The position numbers were made by a program, and so were the translations under genes. A stretch of DNA of 64,000 bases from Camelus ferus (Eukaryota), in the NCBI RefSeq assembly GCF_009834535.1, contig NC_045697.1:86864001-86928000 (forward strand), in the 5' to 3' direction. Shown piece by piece: positions 51,311 through 63,828 of the stretch (its first letter is position 1; the number at the start of each line of letters is the position of its first letter). The notes below the pieces were generated by a model. That model did no database searches and had not been told where the DNA came from. It saw only the letters and a program-made list of their open reading frames with translations.

Positions 51311-54300
51311 TTTGGGTAGTAACAGGTTTTACTGACACATCCTATCTCAACTATATAATATCAATGCCTTGAATACATGGTCTTTCTTTTTTCTTTGACT
51401 CTTACAGAGTTCAGTTTCAGTTCTCTAAATTGCTAGTATCCTCCCTTTTCATTTTACATTGTGTGAACAATGATGTTGAAATTATACTTGCAAGCAGCTG
51501 TCTTGAAGTATCAGCTTACATTTACTTGTTGAATGTTTTACCATCATACAAGAACATCTTCTGGAAACATCAGAATGGCCTGACCCTAGGCGCTGATGTC
51601 ATCACCCCTCAGAAGCCATGACCTGTGATTTGTGGGTGTGAATTAGATTGTAGACTCTCAAGAGAATTGACACCCCTCAGTAACTGAAAAATGAAGAAAT
51701 TCGTATAATTTTGCTCAGAATGAGTGATAATAGTTTTTTTTTTTTCTTAATGTGATGACTTTAAGGGAAGATAGGGCCACACAAATTGCGTGACTAACTC
51801 CTCTCAGAAGTTAGATATTTTTTGCAGCCTACACACTGATGTCATTCACAGCACTTAATACCAGTGAGCTGGATATGATAGCACAGTGGGATTTATTCTA
51901 AGTGGATCAGGAAGTGGGGGAGAGAAATAAACACATTAAGAAGAAAAATAAATTTAAATTAAGCACTTATAATAATTGACCAATAAAAATGGTCGATGTA
52001 TATTTTACACTTTGTTCCTTTAAAAATACATTTTGTATGGAAAGCGTGATAAGCAGAACCATTAAAATGTATGGGTACCTGGCTGGATTTTCCTGTCCCC
52101 CTAAATGTCCATCTCATAGGAACCCCTATGGTCCACCTCTATCCAGAGATGAAAATCTTTCCTTTCCATACTAAAAATCAGAATTCTGAATGTTTATAGC
52201 CTGAAGTTGTTATCTGTGAATCCAGAAGCTTAGACCAGAGAATCTTGTTTTGAGCTTTGGCATTTTAGGCACTTTCTAGATAACATTGAAATGACTGTTT
52301 ATGAGCACTTCCCAACTTAGGAAAAACTGAAAAAATAGAAATTAAACCAATCATAAACTGACCTTTTTTGCACAGCAAAGTGATTCCCAAGATGCCCAAG
52401 AGGACACCCAAAGTGAATGTGGAAAAAGAGGGACTCTCACCACACTTTCAGGAAAAGTATAAATTGACACAACTTTTTCAAATGAACTTGATAAAATGTA
52501 CCCTAAAGTCTTAAAACATTCATTTATTTATTCAAAAGTATTTATTGAGTGTCTTCTATATCAAGGGCTGGAAATACATTCCATCAGTGAGTGAATAGAC
52601 ATTACACAAATACTTACAAGTGAAAAGGAAATCAAAAGGACCTAAGGGCAAAGAATTAGTCCTAAGAAAGTAATTAGAATTATACAGTGAGATATAATTT
52701 AAACAGTGAGAACTACCTAAATGTCCACAGGCAGTGGATTAAATAAATTATGGTGTATCTATGCAATGGAGTAATATGATGGCATTAAGAATAAAGTCAT
52801 AGAAAAATACTTAATGACACGTAGTAATGTTCATAATATACTGGCTAATGGAAAATAATGTTATAAAAGTATGTCCAGTGTGACCCAATTTGGTAAAAAC
52901 TAAACAAAGCAAAAACATCTATCTATATATCTCTATCCTTATCCATCATCTATGAAGGATATATCAGAAAATGTTACCAATGATAATTGCTGACTGGGGA
53001 TATTACAGAAGTACTTTCTTCTTTGTGCTTATCTTCATGAACATTTTATAGTTGTAAGAAATAATAATAATGATTAAAAGTATATAACTGGGCAAGGGAT
53101 AACTGACATTTTAGAGAGAAGATCTAAGGGTATAGTAATCAACCACTCTTTTAAAGTATCTAAAATCTGTTCCTGTCTTAAATTAGATCAACAGAATATA
53201 ATGTTCCTGAAATATATTTTTTAAGTCCCTTACAGAAATGCTTTCACATAGTTATAATTGAATGTTGAACTCAGCTTTCCTAAGGCAATCTAAAGAACAT
53301 TTTCTTAATCTTTGGCAAAATTACAGTTCAAGATATTGGCCCTTATGTTACTCACTGCTTCTCTTATAAAGAGCCACTTGACAAGCTTCCGAGAGAATTG
53401 ATGCCAGGAAAGTTTACTCTTCAGTGAGCTTTTATCAAACAGCCCACATTTTAGAACACATCTTATTTCCCTTATTGCCTTGTCTGCCAGGAAGATTAGA
53501 GCTAAGTTCAGTGATCAATTAATGTAAAGATCCAGCTCCTGGTACAATTAATTCTGCCTTTTAAGTGACATGTGCTGCTCATTTCTATCATGTTAAGCTC
53601 TTCTGTCTTTTAATAGGCAAGTCACCTCAAATTGTTTTTCAAAATAGACATGCAAGATAGCAAGATGTCCAGATGCTCCATAATAAACAGGAAAAACTGG
53701 AAATTAGTAGTCTTTTGCTGTTGTACATATATATAAAATGCTAAAGTTTTAAAATAGTTGTCTTTATAATGTTTTTCCTAACTGGTCTAGCCTTTTACAA
53801 GGGTAGTGAAAACATTAACTTTATCTCAGCCTATTTGAATTGCAATGGTTTTTAAATAGAATCTTTACTATGTCATTATTCCTATTAGTAAACTACTGGT
53901 CAAAAAGTTAGCTTTTTAGACAGCATATTGTTTTGGACAGTTTATATTAATTTAATGCATTTTCCTGTCATAGAAGGAATATTGAGAAAACATTTGAAAT
54001 TTTCAAAGTTCTACTTAACTGTGGTTCCAGCTTTTTTTTTTTTTTCAATCACTATTCATTCTTTCTGTATTACTTTTGTAGAGAAGACCTTAACCATTAA
54101 GAACACTTGAGATGAAATTTTGTATTCTCCTGATGACTATGGGCTGAGGTGTTTAAATGACCTTTTTCATCCCCGGGGCATGATTGCTGTAGGTCAGGCT
54201 TGAGGTCATTGGCTGAAGAGTTACAAAGAAAGTCATAGTTTTGGCTGAAGGTATAGTAAACTTGGACTACAGACAAAGCTGATGGTCCTTCAGTGATGAA

Positions 54301-57043
54301 AGAAGAAAAATATTCAGTCCTCTTCTCTGAACACAAATAAACACTGGCTATAATCAGCTAGTTTTGGTGGGCTGGAGTTTAAAATATTTCTAAATTTGGT
54401 ACACATTGCTTTTGACCATATGTGGTCAGGGTAAAGTTACTAATGTCTGGGAACATTTCTGGGAAAATAGAGGTATTTCCAAGGAAAGATAAAGAATCTT
54501 AGAACTGTAGAGATGGAAGAACCCTGTGGTGGTCCATTCTTCTGTCTCTAGAAAGGCTAACAGGGAAAGAGTCCATAATAAGTGGATACTCTCTTTGGAG
54601 ACCTAAGGGAAGAGTGTTTCTGTAACTTCTTGCTATAATGAACTTTTATTCAGTCTTTGCATAAAAGAAACTGATGAAAAATGGGAATTTGCATGATTAC
54701 CACAACACACGATTATGGTAACCAGTGTTGCCCAGTCTTGAAAACTGTCTTGTCAATGTGTCCTTAAGATATGAATGTTTCATGTGTGATCTGTTCAGAG
54801 TTCAAAGGAATTGTACTGTTTTACCATCTGCTCACTAAACATCTATTGATGAAGCCCAGTTATGGTAGCTTTTTGGGCAATTATTTACTCTATTGGTTTC
54901 TACTAACCATGTGATCTTTTATTTATGTTTTTCAGTATACCCAACAAAATGATCTTTATTTTCAGAGCATGGACAATTAGAGGTATAGATTTATATGGGG
55001 ATTAGAGGCCTCGGATTAGGCCACTGAATTTTTAACTTTCATGTGATCTTTTTTTGTGTCACTTTTTTCCAAGCCAGATTCTGCCATGCTATACTTACTC
55101 AATTTATTCGTTTTTTAAAATTAGAAGTAGAACTTTACTTGTGTCTACATTATTACTAATTTTATCTTAATCTTTTCAATTTATAGGAAGTAATTTCACC
55201 ATCTGTACAACTAATTAGAATCCCCAGCTTTATGATGCTAAAATTTTGGCAAGAATGGTACCTCTATGAAGGTGTGAGCACTATTGGTCAAACTACAACT
55301 CCGTACAGTCTTTTAAAATTGAAAATGCAGGAGCTCGGCAAATCCATCCCTAGGCAACAACTCTGGAGAAAAACTTTATGCACATGGAGACAAGTACAAA
55401 GCTGTTTACTACAGCACTGTTTGTAATGACCAAGACCTGTGTACAACCTAGATGTACGTCAGTCAGGGAATAGTTAGGTCGTATGGATATATTATTCTTC
55501 TCTATTTTTTAATTGAGGAATTTCATCTTAAATTACTATATTTTTCTCAGTACGTATATTTTCAAGTAAGTTACCGAAGAAAGAAAAAGTAGTACATGCG
55601 TATGGTTAAAAAAATCAAGTAGTACGACAACAGTACAATGAGAAGTCTTCCTTGACTGCGGATTCCAGTCCCCAGGGGCAGACATTCCTGAAACAGTCTG
55701 TCTGTAAAAAAGCACGTATATGGCAGGTGTATGCATGTTTTCCTTTCATGAAAATAGAAGCATGCTAAACACAATGCAGTATGCTTCCACTTTTCACTTG
55801 TTTTCCACTTTTTCACTGTATTTTGAGATCATTCCATAGTCAGACATATAGATTGACTTCATTTAAAAAAACTGAAATACTTTATTATAAAATTGCATCT
55901 GGTGATTATAGGCTGCCAAAAAATATTAAATGAATGACCCTATATAATTTCTTTTATAAGCCTGTACTGATAACCATTGTACTGTTTGTTTCCAGTCTTT
56001 TGCAACCATAAGCAAAGCTGAAGTATATAAGTTCAGCCATCTTTGTGCATATATGTGAATATGTCTGTAGGATGAATTCCTAGAAAATAATTGCTCACTT
56101 AAAAGACACTTATTTCGAATCTGAATGCTAGTGCTGACTTGATCTCCCATCAGCAATGAGAGTACTGTTTCCTCCTACTCTCTAATGCTGTATCTTAAAC
56201 TTTTTGACTGAGAAATAGAACAATGTACCTGATTCTAGGTTTAATTTGCATTTCTTTCACTCAGAAGTTTTATATTTTAGAAGATTTCTTTGTTTATGTG
56301 TTTTGTATTTATCCATATATTTTATTTATGTTTCTTTTACTAGAAACCACTTGTTCATGTTCCTTTGCCCATGGGTCTTTTTCTCACTGATATTTAAAAA
56401 GACTCTTTATTCTTTAGATTACCTTTGCTGTCATAGACACTGCATAAACTCCCAGATTGTCATTTATCTTTTGACTTGGTTTAGAGCAGCACTGGTGGTG
56501 AGTACTTGCGTTAAATTTATGTAATCGAAGTGTTTGTTCATATAGCTTTCCCCAAACCAAGGAGCAGTCTGTCCCAGAGGTAAATTCAGGTCCCCCCCCA
56601 CCCCGCTTTTTTTCCTACTATGTTTTGCATGTTAAAAAAAAGTACCTTGAATTGAGGGTCAGGATGCCCCTTTAAACTCATGCCAAATAAGAACAGATGG
56701 ACAATGCGATTCGAATCTCTCTAATCTGAGCAGACCGCACAGAAGATAAAGAATAACAGGGCCTTTCTGTAAGAGGCCATCTTTGAAATGCATTGTTATT
56801 AACAACAATTTATTTGAATGAAATTAATATAAGGAAGGCTGAGCTCCTCTGATTCAATAGCTCTTCCTACCTAACTCTTACTATAGTGTTGAGCTAATTA
56901 CACATTATAAACTGACTATACTTCAATAATAAAGAAAGAAAGAAAGAACATATGAATAAAGTTAATTACTTCTGGCATTCCCCTCTTTAAAAGGTGAAAG
57001 AACAAGTCTTTTCTTGTTCTTGTTCTAGGAACTGATTAGATTA

Positions 57044-57669
57044 TTTTTCTAAATTGAAGTATAGTCAATTTACAATATTGTGTTAATTTCTGATGTACAG
57101 CCTAGTGATACATTTATACAGGTATATATTCCTTTTCATATTCTTTTTCATTATAGGCCATTACAAGGTATTGAATATAGTTCCCCATGCTATACAGTAG
57201 GACTTTGTTGTTTATCTATTTTATATATAGTAGTTAGTATCTGCAAATTCCAAACTCCCAATTTATCCCTTCCCACCCACTTCCCACCTTGGTAACCACA
57301 AGTTTGTTTTCTATGTCTGTGAGTCTGTTTCTGTTTTGTAAATAAGTTTGTGTCTTTTTTTTTTTTTTTAAGATTCTGCATATAAGTGATATTGTATGGT
57401 ATTATTCTTTCTCTTTCTGTCTTACTTCACCTAGTATGATGATCTCCAGGTCCATCCATGTTGCCGCAGATGGCATTATTTCATTCTTTTTTTATGGCTG
57501 ATCAGTATTCCATTGTATATATATGTATCACAACTTCTTTATCCAGTCATCTGTCAGTGGATTTAGGTTGTTTCCATGTCTTGGCTACTGTAAATGGTGC
57601 TGCTGTGAATATTTCGAATTAGAGTTTCCTCTGGATATATGCCCAGGAGTGGGATTGCTGGATCATAGG
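57044..57669 (-). mobile_element. L1 3' end
   Basis: ttgaagtatagtcaatttacaat...ggtaaccacaagtttgttttct...tatgcccaggagtgggattgctggatcat. Confidence 0.9.
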
Positions 57670-59038
57670 GATATACTAGGCTTTAGAAGTCAGTAATTTG
57701 TGTATTTTAGTGGGCTTTCATAAGGAAATGGGCTTAGTATGTTTTCATTAAAAAACAGTAAACATTTAGAGTTCCACAGTCATTGACCACACCCATACAT
57801 AACGTAGATGAGGAGTTTTGGTTTCAAAAACAACTTTCTAAAACAAAATTAGTGCACGTGTTCATTTTAAAAAATATATTTGTTCAGATTCTTCTTAGTG
57901 CTACGAGGCCCGAGGACACAGCAATGTTTAGTGCAAAAAAGATCTCTCCTTTAAGGAACTTTGTATTATATTGGAGTGAGGGGCCTGATGATAAATAAGG
58001 AAACAAATAAACAAGATATAGTTTTAGCGAATAAGTTTTATGTATTAGTGAGTAGCCAGGGGTTATTTATAAAATAAAAATAATTTGACAATCCAAAGTA
58101 ATCAGTACTAACATTTTAATATTTCTCATTCTAATGTGTTTGGGAGTATATTTAACAAATGGAGTATTATTCTATAGTTCTGTAAATGACTTCTTTCAAT
58201 TAACAATATATTGCAAACATTTCTCCATGTTATGCATTCTCCCACAAAACTGTGCGGCTGCATGGAACACACTGGTTTGTATGAATACAACATGATTTAT
58301 TCAAGTTAATTTGTTCAACTTTAATTATTTAGATGATCCCTTATTTTTTCTCATTATAATCAATGTTGTAATGAACCGCAAGTTTGTTAAGTGTATACAT
58401 CCTCGATTTTTCTCTTTAAATTTCTTGCACCAAAACTGTTGGCTCAAATGATACGTAATTTCAAAAATTTAAGGACTTGATGCTCACACGAAGTTGCCTT
58501 TCCAAAATGCTATAATAATTTAGCTTCCGTCTGGCAGTTCATTAAGTCTCCAGTTTACCTGGTCCTTGACACCCCTGGGTAATGGCATTTCTTTTTTTCT
58601 CTCAACTTTAGAGGAGAAAATTTTCATTTTTATTTCAGCATGAATTTATTTTTTCTGAGATTTAATTCACATACCATAAAATGCACCATTTTCAAGTGTA
58701 CAATTCAGACTTTTTTAGTATATTCAGAAAGTTGTGCAACCATCACCACTATCTAATTCCAGAACTTTTTCATCACTCCAAGAATCCCCTATACCCACTA
58801 GCAGTCACTCCCCAGTCCCCTCTTCTTCCAGCCCTTGGCAACCACTCATCTGCTTTGTATTTCTATGGATTTGTCCATTCTGAACATTTTGTACAAATGA
58901 AGTCATGCAAAAGCTGGCCTTTCTGACCTAGCATACTATTTCAAGTTTCATCCACGTATCAGTATGCCATTTTTTATTGCCAAATAATATTCCATCGTAT
59001 GGATATATCACATTTTTTTTTATCCATTCATCAGTTGA

Positions 59039-59089
59039 TAGACGTTTGTTAGAGTTAGACCTTTGTTAGAGATAGACATTTGGTAGAAT
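59039..59089. repeat. 17-bp tandem triplication inside the L1
   Basis: tagacgtttgttagagt / tagacctttgttagaga / tagacatttggtagaat. Confidence 0.8.
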
Positions 59090-60516
59090 TTTTCCACTTT
59101 GGGGATATTATGAATAATACTGCTATGAATATTCACTGACATGTTTTTGTATGAACCTGTGTTTTCATTTCACCTGTATATATGTGTATGAATGGAATTT
59201 CTGGGTCATGTGGTGACTCTATGTTCCTCTAATTTTTTGAGGAACTGCCTGGCTGTTTTCTGTATTGGCTGTACTTCATGTTCCCACCAGCAACGTATGG
59301 ACGTTCCAGTTATTCCATACCTTTGATTACCCTTGTTATTTTCTGTTTTTTTAAATTATAGCTATCTTAGTATGTGTGAAGTGATATCTCATTGTGGTTT
59401 TGACTTACATTTTCCTAACGACTAATTATATTGAACATCTTTTCATGTATTTATTGGCTATTTTTATAGCTTCTTTGGAGAAATGTCTAGTCACCAAATA
59501 CTTCGCTGACTTTTAAGTTGGGTTATCTTTTTACTGTTGAGTTGTAGCAGTTCTTTATATATTTAGGAGACTAGACTCTCATCATATATGTAATTTGCAA
59601 ATATTTTCTCCCATTCTCTAGGTACCTTTCATTTTCTTGACAGTGTGATTTGATACACAAAAGTTTTTAATTTGGATAAAGTATAATGTATCTGTTCCCT
59701 TCTGTTCCTTTTGTCTTTAGTGCCATATCTAAGAACCATAATCTAATCCAAAGTCACAAAGATTAACACTTATGTTTTTTCTAAGAGTTTCATAGTTTTA
59801 GCTCTTACATTTAAGTCTATTATCTACACTGAGTTAATTTTTTAATATATATATGGGCAGGGATCCAAATTTATTCTTTTTCTTGTGAATATCCAGTTGT
59901 CCAGCGTGATTTGTTGGAAAGACTGTTCTTCCCCCATTGAATGCTCTTAGCACCTGTGTTGAAAATCAGTTGATCATAAATGTCAGTTTATTTTTTGACT
60001 ATATGTCTATCCTTAATCCAGTACCAGACTGTCCTGTACATTGTAGCTTTGTTGAAAGTTTTGAAATCAAGTCTTCCATCTCTGTTCTTATTCAAGACTT
60101 TTTTGGCTAGTCTGGGTCCTTTGCCTGTCCATATCAATTTTAGAGTCCACTTGTCAAGTTCTTCAAAAAAGGAGGTTGGAATTTTGACAGAGAATGCAAT
60201 GAATCTGTAGATCAATTTACATATTACCATCTTAACAATATTGAGTCTTCTAATCATGAATACAGATATCTTTCCATTTATTTATATCTTAACTTTTTCC
60301 AAACAATGTATTATAGTTTTCAGTATACAGGTTTTGAACTTCTCTGGTTAATTTATTCCTAAATACTTTATTCATTTTGATGCTATTGTAAATGGAATTG
60401 TTTTCTTAATTTCATTTTTGGATTGTTCTTTGCTAGTGTAAAGAAATACAACTGATTTTTAATATATTGATCTTATATCCTGCAACTTTATTGAACTCAT
60501 TTATTAGCTCTGATAG

Positions 60517-60518
<2 letters not shown>

Positions 60519-60548
<30 letters not shown>
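60519..60548. repeat. (TG)n microsatellite
   Basis: ~15 TG units. Confidence 0.95.
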
Positions 60549-60549
<1 letters not shown>

Positions 60550-60669
60550 CTCTAGGGTTTTCTATATGTAAGATTGTGTCATCTGCAAATACAGATAGAT
60601 TTCTTCTTTGTAATCTGGATTCTTTTATTTTATTTCTTGCCTAATTGCCCTTGCTAGAACCTCCATTAT

Positions 60670-60803
60670 AAGACCCCACTCTTATGACCTCATTTAACCT
60701 TTATTACCTCCTTATAAAGGCCATATCTCCAAATACAGTCACATTGCAAGTTAGAGCTTCAACATAGGAATTTGTGGGGGGACACACAATTCAGTCTATG
60801 ACA
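60670..60803 (-). mobile_element. MaLR MLT1A/B-like fragment
   Basis: ttatgacctcatttaacc...tatctccaaatacagtcacatt...gacacacaattcagtc. Confidence 0.7.
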
Positions 60804-62927
60804 GTTATCTACATCTTGCAAGAGTTGTAAAGTTGCTCAAAGAGAAAAGTACGGAGACCCCCACAGAATCAGATAATCTAGACAATGCGTAATTTCTGTG
60901 GAAGATATTTAGTAACCATTTTTGTCCATTTAAAAGTGTTTTCTTTTTTCCCCCTACAACTAAAAAAAGTATTTGCTATTCTCATGTTTGTTTATTCAAA
61001 TAAATTTTACAATATTGTCATATAGTTTTTAAAAATTGTGCTAAAATTTAAACTAGTATTATTTAAATTTTTAAAATGTGATCAGAGGAATTTCATATTG
61101 TTATTTTACTGTATGTTTCCATCCAGGAACACTTGAGGTTTTTTTTTTTTAAGCTCTCATTAAGTCTTTGTACTTTTCATCATTTAGATTCTGAACAATT
61201 CTTATTAATTCCAAAGTCTTGGTATTATGAGGGAAATTCCTCTTTGGTTTGTAGTGTCTAAATAGTTATCACTGGAACCTAATGGTTTTTTAAAATAATG
61301 AGTTTTGTATTCATCATTGGTTCTAGTTATTTGTCAAAATTATTTTTATATTCATCCTTATAGTTGGGTAAATTGAGACTGTAAGTATTTTGATTGCTCA
61401 TGGTTCAGCTGAGAGCAGATTTGATTGCATCTAAGAATAGTTTATCTGTCTCTGTGTGGGTATAAGTGTGCGCTGAGAAGAGTCTTTGTAGGAACTTAAG
61501 ACAACATGCTTAATGGTCTTCTTGGAATTAACACTATTTGTCTTGGAGACCTAGATTTCCAGACCTGAATTAACCATTTCCTGTGATATCTCCTCTCCTG
61601 GTTTTGCAAGGAACTAGGAAACACATGTTTATTGTACTTGGGATGCAGTACCTATTCCACAAGACCTGTAGTCCATTAGCATCCAAATTACTTAACTGCT
61701 TGTAGCTGTTCCCCAAGTTTCCGGATGCTACTGTTAAAAAATATTTTCACTTAGATTTTATCCCTTTGCTCTTGGAATACTCCGGTTTCTGTGATACAGA
61801 GTTCAAGGCTTATTCAAATCTAACTTGATTTCAAAGTAAGTGGCAACCTGGCACGTGCTACGAAAGCTTTAAGCAATCCCTAGGATCCTGCAGAGATCGT
61901 CTGGAAGGGAGCTGTTTGTCTTAACAGATATTCAATCAGATAAACCCTGTCCATTTTGGAGAGAGATGTCAGAGATCATACAACAACCCAGAGAAGAGTA
62001 TACCTGGTTTTAAAGCTCCAAAGAATAGCTTCGTACACCTATTTAACATCCTAGGAATACATCCAGAGTTAAACCCATCTTGGAGACAAATGCACTCATG
62101 GATAATTTTTCGAAACCAAATGTTCTTAAATAGAGGAAATTCTGTATTCTCACCTCTTCCTAGAAGCTTTCCCAAAGCCCTGCCTACCCTCCAGCTGAAT
62201 TACTTCTTGTCTGAAATTTCACCACACTTGATTTTACTCTTCTATGGCCTTAACACTTTCTACTGGTATTTGTGTTGCCCATGGCCCCTGTGTATCACTC
62301 TCACTGTGCCAGAAGATCCCGCTGATTGGGCATCTCCCACTGCACTTACTGAAATGCTTTGCACATAGTGGGCGTTCAGTATACAAAGTTTTATAGACAG
62401 ATATTTTGCTAATCTGTAGCACCTGCTTAAATTCTACTGAAAACTAGCAAAGTGCAATTAACTTCAATTTTGTAGTTGGGGATTTTCAGGAAAAAACAAA
62501 ACAAAACAAAACAAACAAACAAAAAAACTACCCTCCCTCCAAGAAATGCCTGTTTAGTTAGGATGAGACATTAACATGCTTCTGTTAGGATAAGGATTTG
62601 AGATCCATCTTCATCTTTACACGTTGCCTAATTCCAGTTAGGTTAGTAGAAGAAAAATCTTTTCCTTAGAGCAACCCAATCCACTCCCCTCCTCTGGCCT
62701 TTTTCTTTATGTTGGTAAACTACTTCAGCCTCTGCCGTCAATTTTAACAGTTTGTGCCTGCGTACCCTTCGTATTTTGTTGATTAGAGATGTTCAAAACC
62801 TGTTCTGACACACAGTCCTTCCTCGGTTCCGATTTCTCTACTTCTTGGGGGTGGAAGTAGTTTCTCTGAGTAGAGACGCTGGCAGGGAAAAAGAATGGGG
62901 GAAAATTGCATTTAAACTTTTAAAAGT

Positions 62928-62934
62928 TGAGTCA
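62928..62934 (+). promoter_or_regulatory. AP-1 site in the FGF2 proximal promoter
   Basis: TGAGTCA ~250 bp upstream of the inferred TSS; an AP-1 element is known in the human FGF2 proximal promoter. Confidence 0.65.
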
Positions 62935-63182
62935 CGGCTGGTTGCACAGCAGAGGCTCCGCAATGTGGAGTAAATACTAAATGTAGTTTGCGTGCCGCGG
63001 GGTTGGACTGGGGCGACTTCTGGGGAATCGGCGGGGTCGATCCCCTACAGCTGCGGAGGCCTTGGCCGTGGCCTCCCGCCGCGGCCCCGCACCTCCTTCG
63101 CCCCCGGCGGTGTTCGGGCTCCCCACCCCGGCACTGATGTCGCGCGCTTGCGTGCTGCGGCCAAAGCTCCCGACCCAGAGGC

Positions 63183-63485
63183 CGGCCCCAGAATACCCAG
63201 GGCGAGTAGGGGGCGGCGCGCTGGGAGGGAGGAGGGCCGGGGGCGTGGGAGGGCTGGTGGGCGTTGGGGGTGGAGATGTAGATGTGACGCCGCGGCCCGG
63301 CGGGTGCCAGACCAGCGGACGCGGTACCCGCAGTTGCAACCACATCCTGGGCTCTGCAGCTTGGGTAGGCGGCCCTTCCGAGAGCAGCGGCCGCGGAGAC
63401 ACCCAGCCCTAACCCCCAGCTCCCAGGCGCTGGGCTCACCGAGCTCTAGGGCCGGCGGAGAGGGAAGCAGCGGAACAGCGCGAGG
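63183..63485 (+). promoter_or_regulatory. FGF2: FGF2 5' leader (IRES-homologous region); TSS inferred at ~63183
   Basis: cggccccagaa...gcgagtagggggcggcgcg matches the recalled 5' end of human FGF2 mRNA. Confidence 0.7.
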
Positions 63486-63644
63486 CTGGGGGCCCGCGGG
63501 CGCGGCCGCGTGCCGCGGGGTGGGAGGCTGGGGGGCCGGGGCCGGGGCCGCGCCTCGGAGCGCGTTGGAGGCCGGGGCCGGGGGGCGGCGGCTCCCCGCT
63601 CAGCTCCAGGGGCTCGGGAATCCCGGCAGGGCCCTGGTGGGGCC
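63486..63644 (+). CDS. FGF2: CUG-initiated Gly/Arg-rich N-terminal extension of high-molecular-weight FGF2
   Basis: In-frame CTG codons at 63486 and 63528, both in aggCTGg context; encodes LGARGRGRVPRGGRLGGRGRGRASERVGGRGRGAAAP... Confidence 0.8.
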
Positions 63645-63822
63645 ATGGCAGCCGGGAGCATCACCACGCTGCCCGCCCTGCCAGAGGACGGCGGCAGCGG
63701 CGCCTTCCCGCCCGGCCACTTCAAGGACCCCAAGCGGTTGTACTGCAAAAACGGGGGCTTCTTCCTGCGCATCCACCCCGACGGCCGAGTGGACGGGGTC
63801 CGGGAGAAGAGCGACCCTCACA
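63645..63822 (+). CDS. FGF2: Fibroblast growth factor 2, exon 1 coding part (AUG-initiated 18 kDa form); 3'-partial
   Basis: gccATGg Kozak context; MAAGSITTLPALPEDGGSGAFPPGHFKDPKRLYCKNGGFFLRIHPDGRVDGVREKSDPH; 178 nt followed by a phase-1 donor. Confidence 0.98.
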
Positions 63823-63828
63823 GTGAGT
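63823..63828 (+). other. FGF2: 5' splice donor of FGF2 intron 1
   Basis: CA|GTGAGT. Confidence 0.93.

Larger units (their letters stand above)
58650..60668 (-). mobile_element. Older L1 (L1MA/MB-like), ORF2 3' part plus 3' UTR
   Basis: Minus-strand translation RLNIVKM...IYRFIAFSVKIP...LDFKTFNKATMYRTVWYW. Confidence 0.9.

Noticed and set aside
62912..63772. Long minus-strand ORFs (175, 141, 108 aa) over the FGF2 promoter and exon 1
   Set aside because: Expected from stop-codon scarcity in a CpG island; the known antisense gene NUDT6 overlaps the FGF2 3' end, outside this window
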